From the NCBI RefSeq assembly GCF_041956535.1, contig NW_027192206.1, positions 167,149 to 231,148 of the forward strand: a DNA stretch of 64,000 nt. Direction: 5' to 3'. The translations under genes and the position numbers were made by a program. Position 1 is the first letter of the stretch. Each line of letters opens with the position of its first letter. The notes below the pieces were generated by a model that saw nothing but the letters and a program-made list of their open reading frames with translations, ran no database searches and was not told where the DNA came from. Below, one piece after another: positions 22,299 through 34,347 of the stretch. This DNA is from Calcarisporiella thermophila CBS 279.70. Its lineage: Eukaryota > Fungi > Calcarisporiellomycota.

Positions 22299-25200
22299 AT
22301 GGAAGGCGAGGCCGCCAATGTACGTACTTTTTCCCTACCTCTAATGGGATGCCATATTGCCTATAGCGGCTAACATTTTTACATTTCCTGCAGCTATGCA
22401 AGCGCTTTTTTGCCGGTCCGGTGACCTGCCTTGCCTTTCATGACGAGGCCATTCTGCTCGCAGGGCATGGTCCATACCTCAAGGCTTACCACGCTCCAAC
22501 CGGGAGGCTGATGGCAAAATGCCTAGCGCTTGAGAACGCGCGTATCCACAGAATAGTTTTAGGTAGTGCTCAAGATGGGTTGGCCCTTCGTTTCTGTTGA
22601 ATTAACATTTCTCCTCGGTCGAGCAGGTAATGTCGTCCACGCCGAAGGAAAGGATACACGGCTCACCGCTTTGTACGGCTCAAAGCTGATTCAAGTTCTA
22701 TATGTCCATGTGTCGCGCTGCGAAGGGTAAGTAGAGATGGGATGGAGCCTTGAAAATTCAGCCTCCTCACTTCCTTGACTTCCCATTAGAGAATGCCCGA
22801 GGGTATCGTTCGAGTTGGAAAAACGTATCGGGCCATTGAAGGATTGGATTATGGATGTGCAATGGCTCTATGAGAAGGAAGGCGAAGAGGTATTATTCCC
22901 AGTCCCTGTTGTCTATAAACACGTATACCTGTTAGGCTGGGTCGAGGCTGAACTTTTTTTTTCTAACCTTGGGATAGCCCACCGAACTAGCTGTGGCATT
23001 TGCACACAACACGGTCGAAATAATAGACCGCCGTGCGCGCTCACTTTATCGTGTACAGTGTCAGGAGCACTGTATTCTTTATGCAGCACGATTTTTTGGT
23101 AGACATCGCAAGGAGCTTATACTTGCTGCCGGGACTGTATTCAACGAAGTGCATGTGTGGCGAGTGATGGAACAGGATTCTCACGGCGAGGGCACCATAT
23201 GGAAAAGATATCTTGGCCATGAGGTATTGACCCAACAATAAAAGAAAATAATGAAAAAAGATCCCATTATGGAAGTGCTTATCCCCACTTCTACCACGCT
23301 TTCTTCGACTATGTTTTCGGGAAAGTATAGGGCGTCATTTTTGGAGTGCGATTTAGCGCTGATGGTAAAATGCTTTCATCCGTGTCGGACGATCGCACCA
23401 TTCGGATCTGGAGACTGGAAGAGAAGGAGTAAGTGGAGTGCTCATTGGCCCAATCTTGAACGGATCTGTTTTAACTCTAGCCCTCCTTTTTTTCTTACTT
23501 ACAACGCTAGCACAAAGCCATTGGTACTATGGGGGCATATGGCACGCGTCTGGGATTGCCATTTCGCAGACAAGTATCTCGTCAGCATCTCCGAGGTGAG
23601 GCATCTAGATGGGCTCTATCTGCTAAGATAAGAGGGTTTTATTGATCAGTCGCCTTCTAAAGGACACGTCCTGCCGTGTGTGGAAAAACACCCTACTTGA
23701 TGAGAACAGCGAGGTGGCATCGACAACGGATTGTTTGGAGTGCTGGGAGGGGCATGCCGGAAAGAGCGTATGGAGCGTGGCCATCAGTCCGTCGAACCGT
23801 ATAGTGGTAAGGAAGCGGACGAGGCAAAAGATGGAGTAGTGGTGATGGTGTCATAGGATGACTGTTTGGTTTGCTTAGGCAACGGGCGGAGGAGATTCCG
23901 GAATCCGACTGTGGTCACTCCTCTCTGTTGGACACAACAAGATCGGTAAGTACATTGATTTTCTAGACGAGCTGGGCCAAGCTGCTTATATTGCCACTTC
24001 TCTATTTTGACAGATTCAGAAGACGATCTTTTGAAAATGGCGCTACCCCCTGTTGAGACATACCACTTCCCAGAATTGATCGAAAAGGTATTACGACCGT
24101 TGCAAAATGCCGAGTCTATCGCGCTGAATATCTAATACTTGTTTGGTTAATCTTCCTTCCTGTTCATGTGAATACACAGGCAGAGCGCCCTTTCCCCGAT
24201 ATCGAATTCCCTCGCAACTTTTCTATGATCGGCCACCATAGCACCATTGTGGCCACTAATTTTGGGTATCTGCTCAAATGCACTCACGACGGAAAGTGCA
24301 GTCGCTGGGAAACTTTCCGCCACGATCCGGATTTTATCGGATATACCATGATGAATGGGTCGGCGTGTGGGCGTGTCCTTGCGCTAGGCAGTTTACAGGG
24401 CCATTTAGTGCTACTAAGCCCAGAGAAATTATTTCAGGTGGGTTGGTTCGCGGGAGATATTGCCACCGCCTCTAGTAATGTCTCTATTTGGTTTTAGCCG
24501 ATAAAGCTACGGCTACACAACGACAAGATGTTGGAGTGTTTATTTGCAACCTCTCAAGGTAGTTCAAATTTATTTTGTTTCCAAAAAGATGGATTTAGTT
24601 GACTCTGGGGCCTCTATCTTGCTACTTAGACCCAAATTATGTATACATGATATCCCACTCTATCGACAACCACGCCCTACTGCACCGCCTTGACTTCTCC
24701 AAGCCAGATGAGGTGATGCATTTTGGCGGCCACCCCCTATTCTATCGAGCTGGCACACTAACTAGGTCTTTCCCGAAAGCAGCTCCAACTCGATACACTC
24801 CACCAACTCCAAGCCTCTCCTAAAACCGTGTTCACCTGTCTTGGGCTGCTGGAGTCGAGCCACCTGCTCATGCTCGGGACCCGTGACGGCGCGCTTCTCC
24901 TCTACCGCTTGGAGGGCGAGAATTTCGCCTTAGAGCCAGCGCTCGTGCGAAAGCGCGCCCATGGGCAGCTGACGGTCACTTCCGTCATGATGCAGGAGGA
25001 GGAGGCGGAAGGAGGAGGGGTCATAGCCTACTCAACGGGGCGGGATGGGTGCTTGATCATGCACCGGGTTAGTGGAGGCGAAAGAAAAGAGGAAGGCGAG
25101 TGGGTGATGGAGAGAGTGTATCGCGCACGACGAACCAAGGGGTGGTTAGAGCGCGTGGACAGGGTGGATGGCGAGTTGCTCTTGTTCGGCTTCTTCCAAA

Positions 25201-27154
25201 AGCGCTTCTTTGTTTACAATGAAGGAAAGAACTACGAGGTATGCTATCGGTTGGGTCGCCGCAACGAAATGTGGACAAGCGCACCCTTCACTGACCCCCT
25301 CTATTGGACACCATTAGATGCTGGCAGTGGCCTGTGGCGGGGCGCATCGAAAATGGTACTTCAAAGCGGATGATGCCAAACTGAGCAGGGCCTCCTTCAC
25401 CTTTCTGCGCCGAGAATCAGTTTATGGACTCTTTCGAAACGCAACTTCGTTTGACGAAGGCTTTGCGGAGTGTCAACTGCAGGCCAACTTTCATGGCCGT
25501 GAAGTTAGGGCTTTAGCTTACTTGGGTGAGCGTCCTAGGCCTTTTTTTTTTCATTTTGCACTTGATTTTTTCCCCCTCATATTTCCTAACATTTTCTTTT
25601 CATGTTTGCTCAGACGACTCGCCCTTGGGGAATCTGGTTCTGGCTACGGGCGGAGAAGACTGTGTATTGCGTCTCTTCCAAAGTACATATATCCGACCTC
25701 ATTTATGGAGGACCCCTAGTTTTTCTAAACTATGACTAACCTCTATTGCATCTCCCTCCCGCTACCCACTTTTTCAGCTTCCCATTGCTCCACGGAGGAC
25801 TTCCTCCATCCCCTTTGTATTATTAAGCGACATACCTCCGTTATCCGCAGCATTGCATGGAGTCGTGGGGAGAGCCTTCTGATCTTCACCGCGGGGGCGA
25901 GCGAGGAGCTACGATGCTCGCGCGTGGAGCTTCCGCGAGATTCGGCCACGGCGGCCAACTGCTTGGAGATGGCCCTTTGTCCCTACGTGAGCGCGGTCGA
26001 GGAGACTCGGATCATGGACGTGGCGGTGTATCCGTCGGAGGCTATGAAAACCTTGCATGTGTTGGGGGCAGCCTATTCGGACTCGGTTCTGCGGGTGAGC
26101 ACAATTAGGGTTTAATATTACACAATGGGGCCTGGGAAAATTGACCCTCCCTCTCCTCCCCACTTTTCCCACAGATTTGGCTTTTCGATGAGGACACAAG
26201 GCGCTTCTCGCTGATGGCTTATGGAGCTTTCCACAATAAGTGTTTGCTGAGCGTCAAACACACTTTTGTAAAAGGTTTGCATTTAGCGTTAATAGGTTTT
26301 ATTTCCTCTAAGCTCTCCCTATTTTTCGTATAACCAGTTTTTTTTCTTGCACTCTCTTCGCATTCTAGACGCAGAAAATGGTCGGAAGCACCCCGTCTTC
26401 TTCACGTCCGCTACGGACGGAAGAGTAGCCATTTGGGATGGAGGCTTTGTCAACGAATTTATCGACGCGCACCGGGACCAACGGACCCTCGTGGCGCAGA
26501 GTTTGCCCCCCCCCCGCTGTATCCTACCGTGGGCACCAGTCCGGAGTCGACTGTCTCGATGTCTTCCACATAGGCGGGGCGCAGTATCTGGTCGCCTCGG
26601 GAGGCGAAGATAATGGCCTCGCCCTTGCCGTGGTAGAGCTGCGACGGGAGGGCGCAGAGCTGCTTGCCGAGCTGGTGGGAGATGTATATAGAGAGCCAAG
26701 TGCTCACGCCTCCTCTTTGCATGGTTGGTTTCCACACCTTGTACACGAGTTTGAAAACATCCATTTATTCAAAGTGACTATTTATTTTTGCAATTAACCT
26801 ATGAATAGGCATTCGAATCCTCAATGAGAAACTAGTCATGACTACAGCACTAGACCAACGGCTAAACTTGTGGAGGGTGGAGGTGCGACTCGGCGAGGGA
26901 GAGGATGGGGGGGCAGGGGTCCGGGGGGCGCATCTGGAGAAGGCGTGGTTTGTGGACGTGGCGGACCCGTCGGCCATGGCTGTGTGGGCGGATAGCACGA
27001 GGTAAGCGTTAGGATATGAGACTACCACAGCGTAAACATACTGACGAGCGGTCCCCCATTTCCCTTTCCTCCTCCCACTGCAAGCAGGCGCATGCAGGTT
27101 GCAGTGGCAGGCATCGGGATGGAGATATTAGCAGGCAAAGGAGGGTGTGGATAG
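22299..27154 (+). CDS. WDR6: WD40 protein WDR6/Trm734 (Rtt10), partner of tRNA 2'-O-methyltransferase Trm7; many exons; one apparent frameshift at C10 run 26506-26515
   Basis: CILYAA..LILAAGTVFNEVHVW, GHEGVIF, SVSDDRTIRIW, WGHMARVWDC, GHAGKSVWS, VACGGAHRKW, FHGREV, ATGGED, TRIMDV, HQSGVDCL, ASGGEDNGL and VAGIGME match the family architecture as I know it. Confidence 0.85.
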
Positions 27155-27406
27155 GAGGGAAGGAGAGAATAGGCAGGGAAAAGACAAACAAGAGGAGAAA
27201 GGAGAGGAACAATTAATTACAACATGTAATATAACTAGAAGAAGAAGAAATAGAAACTAGTACTGGAGATAGAGACCGAATGGAATAGATAAACAATAGC
27301 TATAATGTGACAAGTAAATACATAACCATACGAGAAGCATCCGCTTCCAGAAGAGAACAAAGGCGCATTTTGCAAGGGAAAGGAGAGAGAGAGGCGGAGC
27401 CCAGGC

Positions 27407-27733
27407 TCACTTGGCGGCCGGGAGGGCGCGTCCGTTCTTGACCTGCGTGTACATGACGAAGGAGAAGCGGGTGAACCACGAGAGCAGCAGCTTGGCCTGG
27501 CTCAGCTTCTTGGCGCTGGGCCGCTTGCCCTTGACGGGAGGCTTCTCGGATGGCGGCGGCGGCGGCGGCGGCATGAGCTTCTCCGATGAGAACAGGTCCA
27601 GAGCGGGCTTGTGCTCCTCCTCGCCCAGCGTCTCCGTCAGCATATCGGAGAGTTCGCGCTGCAGCGAGGAGAGGCGCTCGGACAGGATGCTCATCCGCGA
27701 TAGGCGCTTCTGTTGCATGGGGATTTCGGGCAT
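27407..27733 (-). CDS. Small hypothetical protein with coiled-coil-like N-terminus and poly-proline run
   Basis: 108-codon ORF from ATG at 27733 with GC3-rich codon usage like neighbouring genes (MPEIPMQQKRLSRMSILSERLSSLQRELSDML...PPPPPPP...). No family was recognised. Confidence 0.55.
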   Translation of the reverse strand: MPEIPMQQKRLSRMSILSERLSSLQRELSDMLTETLGEEEHKPALDLFSSEKLMPPPPPPPSEKPPVKGKRPSAKKLSQAKLLLSWFTRFSFVMYTQVKNGRALPAAK

Positions 27734-28655
27734 GTTCGGGGGATGGAAGGCGAGAACAGGGGCGAAAGCAAGGGGAGCAGCGCAGAGATGATGAGCGCAC
27801 GAAAGAGGGGGCAAGAAACAGGCAGCCAAAACAACGACTCGTCGCCAACGAGTTTTTCTGCCTGAAAAAAAAAAGGAGAGACCGCTCACGGCGCGCGGGC
27901 CAATGGGAGCCGCGGGCACATAAACCTTGTTTTTCGTGTTTGTTCGCTGAGAATGCATTTGACTTAGACTCCCAGCGGTGCGCGTGCCACGATTGGAAAT
28001 CGGCTTTCCTCACCGTGCCGTGTTCATTTGCAGGCTTCTGGGGCCTGGGGGGTCGCCTGTGGGGCCGCGCCTGCTTCATTTCCCTCGCTTGTCCTCCCTT
28101 GGCGGTTCCTGGTTTCGCCGGCAATCCCCTCCCCTCGCGCGCCGCCTCACGTCATTCCCTGCCCTTCCAGCTCGGCCGCTGGGCCGGCCCAACGCCGGCC
28201 GGCTCCTGAGGAGATCCGGGGAAACGTCTGGGTGTGGAATGTCGTCACCGCTCACACAAGGCTTCCAAACGAAGGATGACGACAGTGTAACTCTCGTAAT
28301 CGCTGAGTGTTTGCTCGTGTTTGCAGGCTGGGCCTGCGCGTCCCTTTCGAGCGCATGCACTGATCCTCCTCCTGCTTTTCCCTGGGAGCTTGGTCCCCTT
28401 TCTGCTAGCGGCAAGTGAGAAGCTGACGATAAAGCCGCTCCACACGACGCCACAGCGGATTTCCCCTCCAATGGCCGAGGCGGATGGAGAATGAAAGGAA
28501 CCGCAAACAAACGCGGCAAGAGGAGGGCCCTCCATTTTCATTGGCTGAGTAATAAAACCGCAAGGGCGGTGGTACCATCCGATTGTATTATTTATTTCTA
28601 TAGATTATTAAACAGAAAAAGGAAAAACGGAAAAAATAAATGCAATGGACCATCA

Positions 28656-30308
28656 TCAGATCTCCTCTATCGTGTCATCCCTTTCATCGGGCAGCTCCTC
28701 TATCTTGGATTCGGGCCCCTCATCCCGCATGAGCATATTGACCACGCGCTCCACCGCCTCCGCAACGCGCTCATCCTGCTCCGCAAGATGCATTGCGCGT
28801 ATGACCGGGTAGACCTTCTTGGCCCGGAGAACGTCGCGCCCATGCCGGGTCGAAGTGAGAAGCACAAGGGTCTCAAGTAGGATGATGCGTAGATTGGGGT
28901 CCACCTCGCGTTTCTGCAACCAAAAGCACAGTTAGCGATGGGAACAAGGATTGAAATGCGACGCCAGTGCAACAGGCTTTCACAAAGGTAGCTTGAAAGC
29001 CCAAAATCAAAGACCTACTTTAGTGGCAGGGAGCAGCTGAATGTCCTCGGGCATTCCCTCCATATCCTAAGTCGATGAAAATAAATAAATAAATAAATGA
29101 GCCCCCTACTTTGGCCCACTGAAAGAAAAACGCCTCTTCTTACATCAAGATCAAACTCTTCTGGACCGCACAACGGGAGCAAGATGTAAGGAAGAATGTT
29201 AATCTCGTCTTCATCGAGAATCTCGCGGTGTTTTTCCGTGTCGAAACAACAATTTCTAAGCAGATAGGCAAGCCGCGTTAGCTAGGTCTGGAGGGGGGCT
29301 AGACCGAGGCTGGAAAGCACAGCATGAACCTACTTGATGGTGGAGTCAACGCTTCCTCTCCGAATCACGTTCTCATGCTCCGTGAAGCACACGAGTTTGG
29401 TTAGAGGGATCAGCCCATCGTACTCGGCTTTGGTCAAGAAATAGTCCCTCCCACTGGAAAGCTACCGGTTGAAACAGAATCCCCCCGTCTATAATGTTAG
29501 CGCCAAACCAAAAAAAAATAAACGCTATCGAATCATTTTGACTACATACAGCAGCAATATTGGCAAACACACTCGACAGGAAATGGAACTCCGCCTCTGG
29601 GTTATACTGGCGCCCCACGCCCTTCACAAACACATCAAGTAGCTGGTCGAGGACCCGGGGTGAGGTTGAGAGTCCGGGCATTGGGTTTGTGGTTGCATTC
29701 AAGAGTTTAACGCATATGGGCTCGTAGCGGGTCAGGTTGGAAAGGAGCATGCAGGAGATATCGGCTAGCACAGACGACGGCACCTATTGTTGAAGATAGA
29801 GGCTCATCAGCAGGTGCAGTGACCTAATGCAGAGGCAAAATAGGGGTACCGTGATGCGCAGTACAATCTCCCGCAGCAGATCGGCATCGTCCATCTCTCG
29901 GCACACGCCCATGTCGACCGAGAGATTGATAAGGGCCCGAAATGCCTCATGAGCCGTGATCGGTCCGTCCTTCAGCAGAGCCTTGAGGTCTTTGACAACC
30001 TGAGGAGCACGCTGCAGAAACAGAGAGTGGTACTCCGAGGTTTTGGCGGTATAGCCCACAATGTGCTGAATCGCGATTTGACGGACCTGTCAAGTGGCGA
30101 AAAGCAAAGGTCAGTGGGGGGGAGGGAGAGGCGGCCCATGCCGGTGAATTTCACGAGAAAAGAAAATGCCAATTTCCTACCTCTGGTTTCGAGTCGTGGA
30201 GGAAATCTAACAACTATGCATCCCAAGAGACAACAAGTCAACGGTTCATGACACCACCGGGGCTTCATGGGCAACCATCTGACTTACCTCTAGCAGCTGT
30301 GCTTCCAT
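28656..30308 (-). CDS. HGH1: Hgh1/FAM203 eEF2 chaperone (multi-exon)
   Basis: MEAQLLELLDFLHD, ALINLS, CMLLSNLT, FHFLSSVFANI, IRRGSVDSTIRNCCFD, NILPYILLPLCG, LLETLVLLTSTRHGRDVLR..VYPVIR and VNMLMRDE. Confidence 0.92.
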
Positions 30309-30653
30309 TCTGGCCGTACTATTTTCCCTTGCTTGCCCTTGGAGCTTGGTATGAATCTTCCAATTAAGGCACTTCCATTTTGTGACTTCTTATCTTTGGA
30401 CAAACATAAGCCGCATGGGGTGTGACTGGCAATCCCATCCAAGGATCGGGCCTCCTTTCGAGGACATGTTGGATAGGATGATTATCTAATTCAGTTTTAA
30501 TGTGGTGGGAAAAGGATCGTTTGGCAAGGTTTATAAAAAAAAAAGGCTATAAAAAGAAGCATTATTTATAGTATAAAAGCAAAACAAGTCTAGAGTTCAA
30601 ATCAGTGTCTTAGTAGTGTCACGTCATAGCCAAAAAGTGGATGTAGCATGAGA

Positions 30654-33116
30654 TTATTCCAAACCAAAAATCTCAAAGATGCCGTCAGGATGGTGATAAT
30701 CATTGTCGACGATATTGCATAACCACCAGGAGTCAGCAACCTCATCCAGCAAGCGGCGGGAGGGAGAGTGCGGAGGATAGAGGCGAGCCCACTCCTTCCA
30801 CAGAGCAAAAGCCTCATTCTACATCACACAGGCATAATGCATTAAAAGAGGTGCGCGCCAAAGATCTGGGGCGTTTAACTTACCTTCCATGTTTTGAAGC
30901 TGACCGCCTCAATAATCGTAGGCTGCACGATCTCCTTTCCCGGGAACACTCCCCATGTAACGGCATTGGGACTCTCCTCGCCAATGTTAGTCTTGAATTC
31001 ATCCTAGCAAGGGACACATCCCTTCTCAGCAAGAGGCAGCCACCTCCCCAATACAATTCTAAATAACTTACCTTGAAGTTGGATGCATAGTAGGTGATGA
31101 AGGGATTCCCCTCGACTTTGGCGAGAATGCGGCGCATTTGCTCGGGAGAAGCGAAGAATTCGATAAAGGCCTAAACAGAAGCAAGGGAGAGATTAAGCTG
31201 GTTGCAGAGCAGAGCACATGGTCTCGCCATTAAGCTACCTTTTGATATACATAACCTCCCTTGGGGCCCCAACCAAATACCGGATCATCGCTGCGCGCCC
31301 CGTTGACCGCTGGTTGACTCCCCACGGTCCAGAGGCCACCCCGATTGATCTGCAGCAGCTTTTCTTTGATAATCTCACTCTCGAGCTGGAGCGGCTCGTC
31401 ACACCAGGGGAGCATTTGGAGAGTTCCGTCGATGTACCTGGTGAAGAGCTGCGAAATGTCCTGGACCGTGCTCGGTGCGGACCACATCTCTAGGGCTTCG
31501 CTTGGCTAAGAGGGCGGAGCAAACGATAGAAACACACCCATCATGAATATAGACCAGTAAAGCCAGCCAAGCAAAATTCTATATAGCGCTCACCGAAACA
31601 GGTAGACTAATGCCGTACTTCTCCGCCTCTCCAAAAGCTGAAGGTGAGAAAAGAAGAAAACACGTCCAAAGCGGTTAGAGATGAGTTCTTCGAACAACCC
31701 CATTACAAGCATATCACCTGGAGATCGGATATCTCCCCAGCGCCCATTTGGGAATTCGTCCCATGTCTCCCCACGCCCGGCCACCTCGTCAAGCTTGGGC
31801 TTCCAGAAGATGGGCCGTAGCTCGTCCTTGCTCTTGTCACTGGCCAGCTCGACGCGCTTGTTGCCGGCTTGAGGGGACTCCTCCTGCGGCACAAATCCTA
31901 GTTTGACCAGAACTTCGCGCACCGATCTCTCTAGGTTGAGGGTGGAGAAATGGAATCCACGCACGCCGTATTTCTCGCCAAGCTCCGTCACCATCTCGGC
32001 CGCCAGCTGAACTCCTGCATTTTTGACCGCCTCGTCGTCGTTCTGTAGAATTCGAGCAAAATAGGGGGAGGGAGGGCTCAGGTTAGCTGGATGAACCAAG
32101 GTTTCCTTCCAAGAAGAGAAGTAATGAAAATTGCCTTGATTGGCTCGAATAGGCTAAGCACTTGCTCAGGGATACGAATCTTGCACAAATTCGAAATGCG
32201 GCGGAAGCTGCTATAGTTTTGAATCGGCATGATTACCGGAATAATGGGCACGGTGATACCTTTCATAAAGTCAGAGTCAAAATGTCGGCTTCCCGCCCCT
32301 TCCAAAAACAACAGATGGAAAGACCCCCGTTCCTCCTCCATCTCCCTCGCCACCTACCTATTTCTCGACACCGCTTTTCCCAGGCTCCATACGCTTCCAC
32401 GTCATAAAATAGCTGCGTCAGGATGAAGTCTGCCCCGGCATCCACCTTCTCCTTCAGATACTTCAAGTCTTGCAGCGAGTCCACCCGGTCAACGTGTCCT
32501 TCAGGGTAGCCTGCCACGCCAATGCAGAAATAGTCGCCATAGTTCTGCCGAATGTATCGCACGAGATCTATGGCATGCACAAACTGATCGTCACTCGGAG
32601 TCCAATACTCCTGGCCACGGGGAGGATCTTATTGTCAAAATTCGAAAAATTAGCTTCCATGCATGGAAATAAAGAGAACAAGGCAGTAGCAACGCACCTC
32701 CACGCAATGCCAAAATGTTCTGTATGCCTGCATCTTTTGCCTCTCTTAGTGCCGTGTCCAGCGTCTCTCGCTCCATGTTCGTACACGTCAAGTGCATGCA
32801 TGTCTCGAGGCCATGCACGGATTGGATGCTGGAGCTGAGGTCCACGGTGCGCTCGAAAGTGGACCCACCCGCACCCCACGTAACACTTACAAAAGTGGGC
32901 TGCAAATGGTACATGCGCTCGATACGCTGGTAGAGATTTTGCACGCCCTAGGAATAAAAGAGACATGGCAGGGAGCCTGACGGTTAGCATCGGGTAAAAA
33001 AAAAAACATTGCCCTGCGGCACGGCTTACTTGCTGGGTCTTGGGTGGAAAGTACTCGAAAGACCACCAGGGGCGATCCTCCTCGAGCGCTTTGTTAATTT
33101 TGTCGACAATTTTCAT
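30654..33116 (-). CDS. MTHFR: Methylenetetrahydrofolate reductase (MTHFR; Met12/Met13 family), with regulatory domain
   Basis: [104 protein letters not shown] and [10 protein letters not shown]. Confidence 0.96.
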
Positions 33117-33414
33117 CCCCGCTGCTGAATTGCTTTCCCGTGGGTGCAGAGATGCAATAGACTCGGATAACAAAACGCTATCGAAATCAATTCGATGGGG
33201 GGTGGCTTATTGGCCAAAAGTGAGCAATCCGGTGTTTTATTTTAAACGGTTAGGATCAAGAAGAGATATAGCAGCGGGAGAGAGATAAGTAAAAAGAAAA
33301 ATGGTGAACAAGGCAATGCAAGGAGCAAGAAATAGTAGAGAGAGGTATAAATCCAGAAAGAAAAAACAATGGGGATGGAGATAGTCCGCCGACCATCTTG
33401 GTATAGCAAAACGC

Positions 33415-33945
33415 TCAGTGTCCATTCGACCCAGGCTTGCCGTTGGGATACTATCCGAGGAATACACTTAGAGCCAAGTCCCAGGGCTGGTAGGCATCCT
33501 TAAAAAGCTTACCTTGAGCTGGTAGTCCTTCTCGCGCTTGAACAGCAGAATGTGGGGTTCGGGTGCATGCAACATGTAATGCTCCCATCCCCGCGACTGC
33601 TTGACTCCAAGGCCTCTCCATTCACACTCGGCCATCAGTCTCCCCGGGGGGACATAACGCGCCAGTTGCTTCGGCAACGTGACATGTCTAGAAAATGGGG
33701 TCAAAATCTCATTAATTCCGAAAAGTCATGGGGGTGGGGGCGGCCAAGTGTTTACCTATATTCGAATTCATCTAAAGGGGAGAGGAAGAGACGGTAAGCA
33801 CAAAGGATCCATGCAGAATAGTTTAGTTAGCTCTATGGCGCTATACATTACCATCATAATACCGCTCGGAGTAAATGATCTGGTCCGCGTACTTTTCAAT
33901 GTCGCTTTGCTTCTGCTCCTCAGGCGTAAAAGCTGGTTGGTCCAT
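33415..33945 (-). CDS. CKS1: Cyclin-dependent kinase regulatory subunit Cks1
   Basis: [20 protein letters not shown] and [30 protein letters not shown]; the last exon encodes [11 protein letters not shown]. Confidence 0.95.
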
Positions 33946-34347
33946 GGCTGTGAATGTCTACGTGTCGAGCTAGTTCGACCGGTCGTGATTGGACATCAAT
34001 GTAGGGAGATGGAAGGGGGAGGTCACGACGTGTCTTTCTCCAAAGATGAGACGCAGCGTGCGGTGGACTTGAGAGGGAGTAGAAGTGCAAGAGAAAAAGA
34101 AAAAAATTAGAAAGGGCAAAATAAGTTTGGCGAAAGACGCGTAAAAATTTTTTTACAAGTCCGAAAAGCTTGTAGAAGAATCCATTTTATTCTTTATATA
34201 ACCATGGCTCACCGAAACAAGGAAATACCCACTACAAACAAAGCTTTTGTATAAATATATAGTTGTGGTTTTGAAAGGGAAGGGAGCATTGGTTTAGTCC
34301 TCTCATAAAATGCTAACCTCCTCTATCCTCCAGCTCTTTTTTTTTAT

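Noticed and set aside
27300-28519. Several long overlapping ORFs on both strands
   Set aside because: Stop-poor GC-rich DNA with no recognisable protein features. Only 27407-27733 was kept, at modest confidence.
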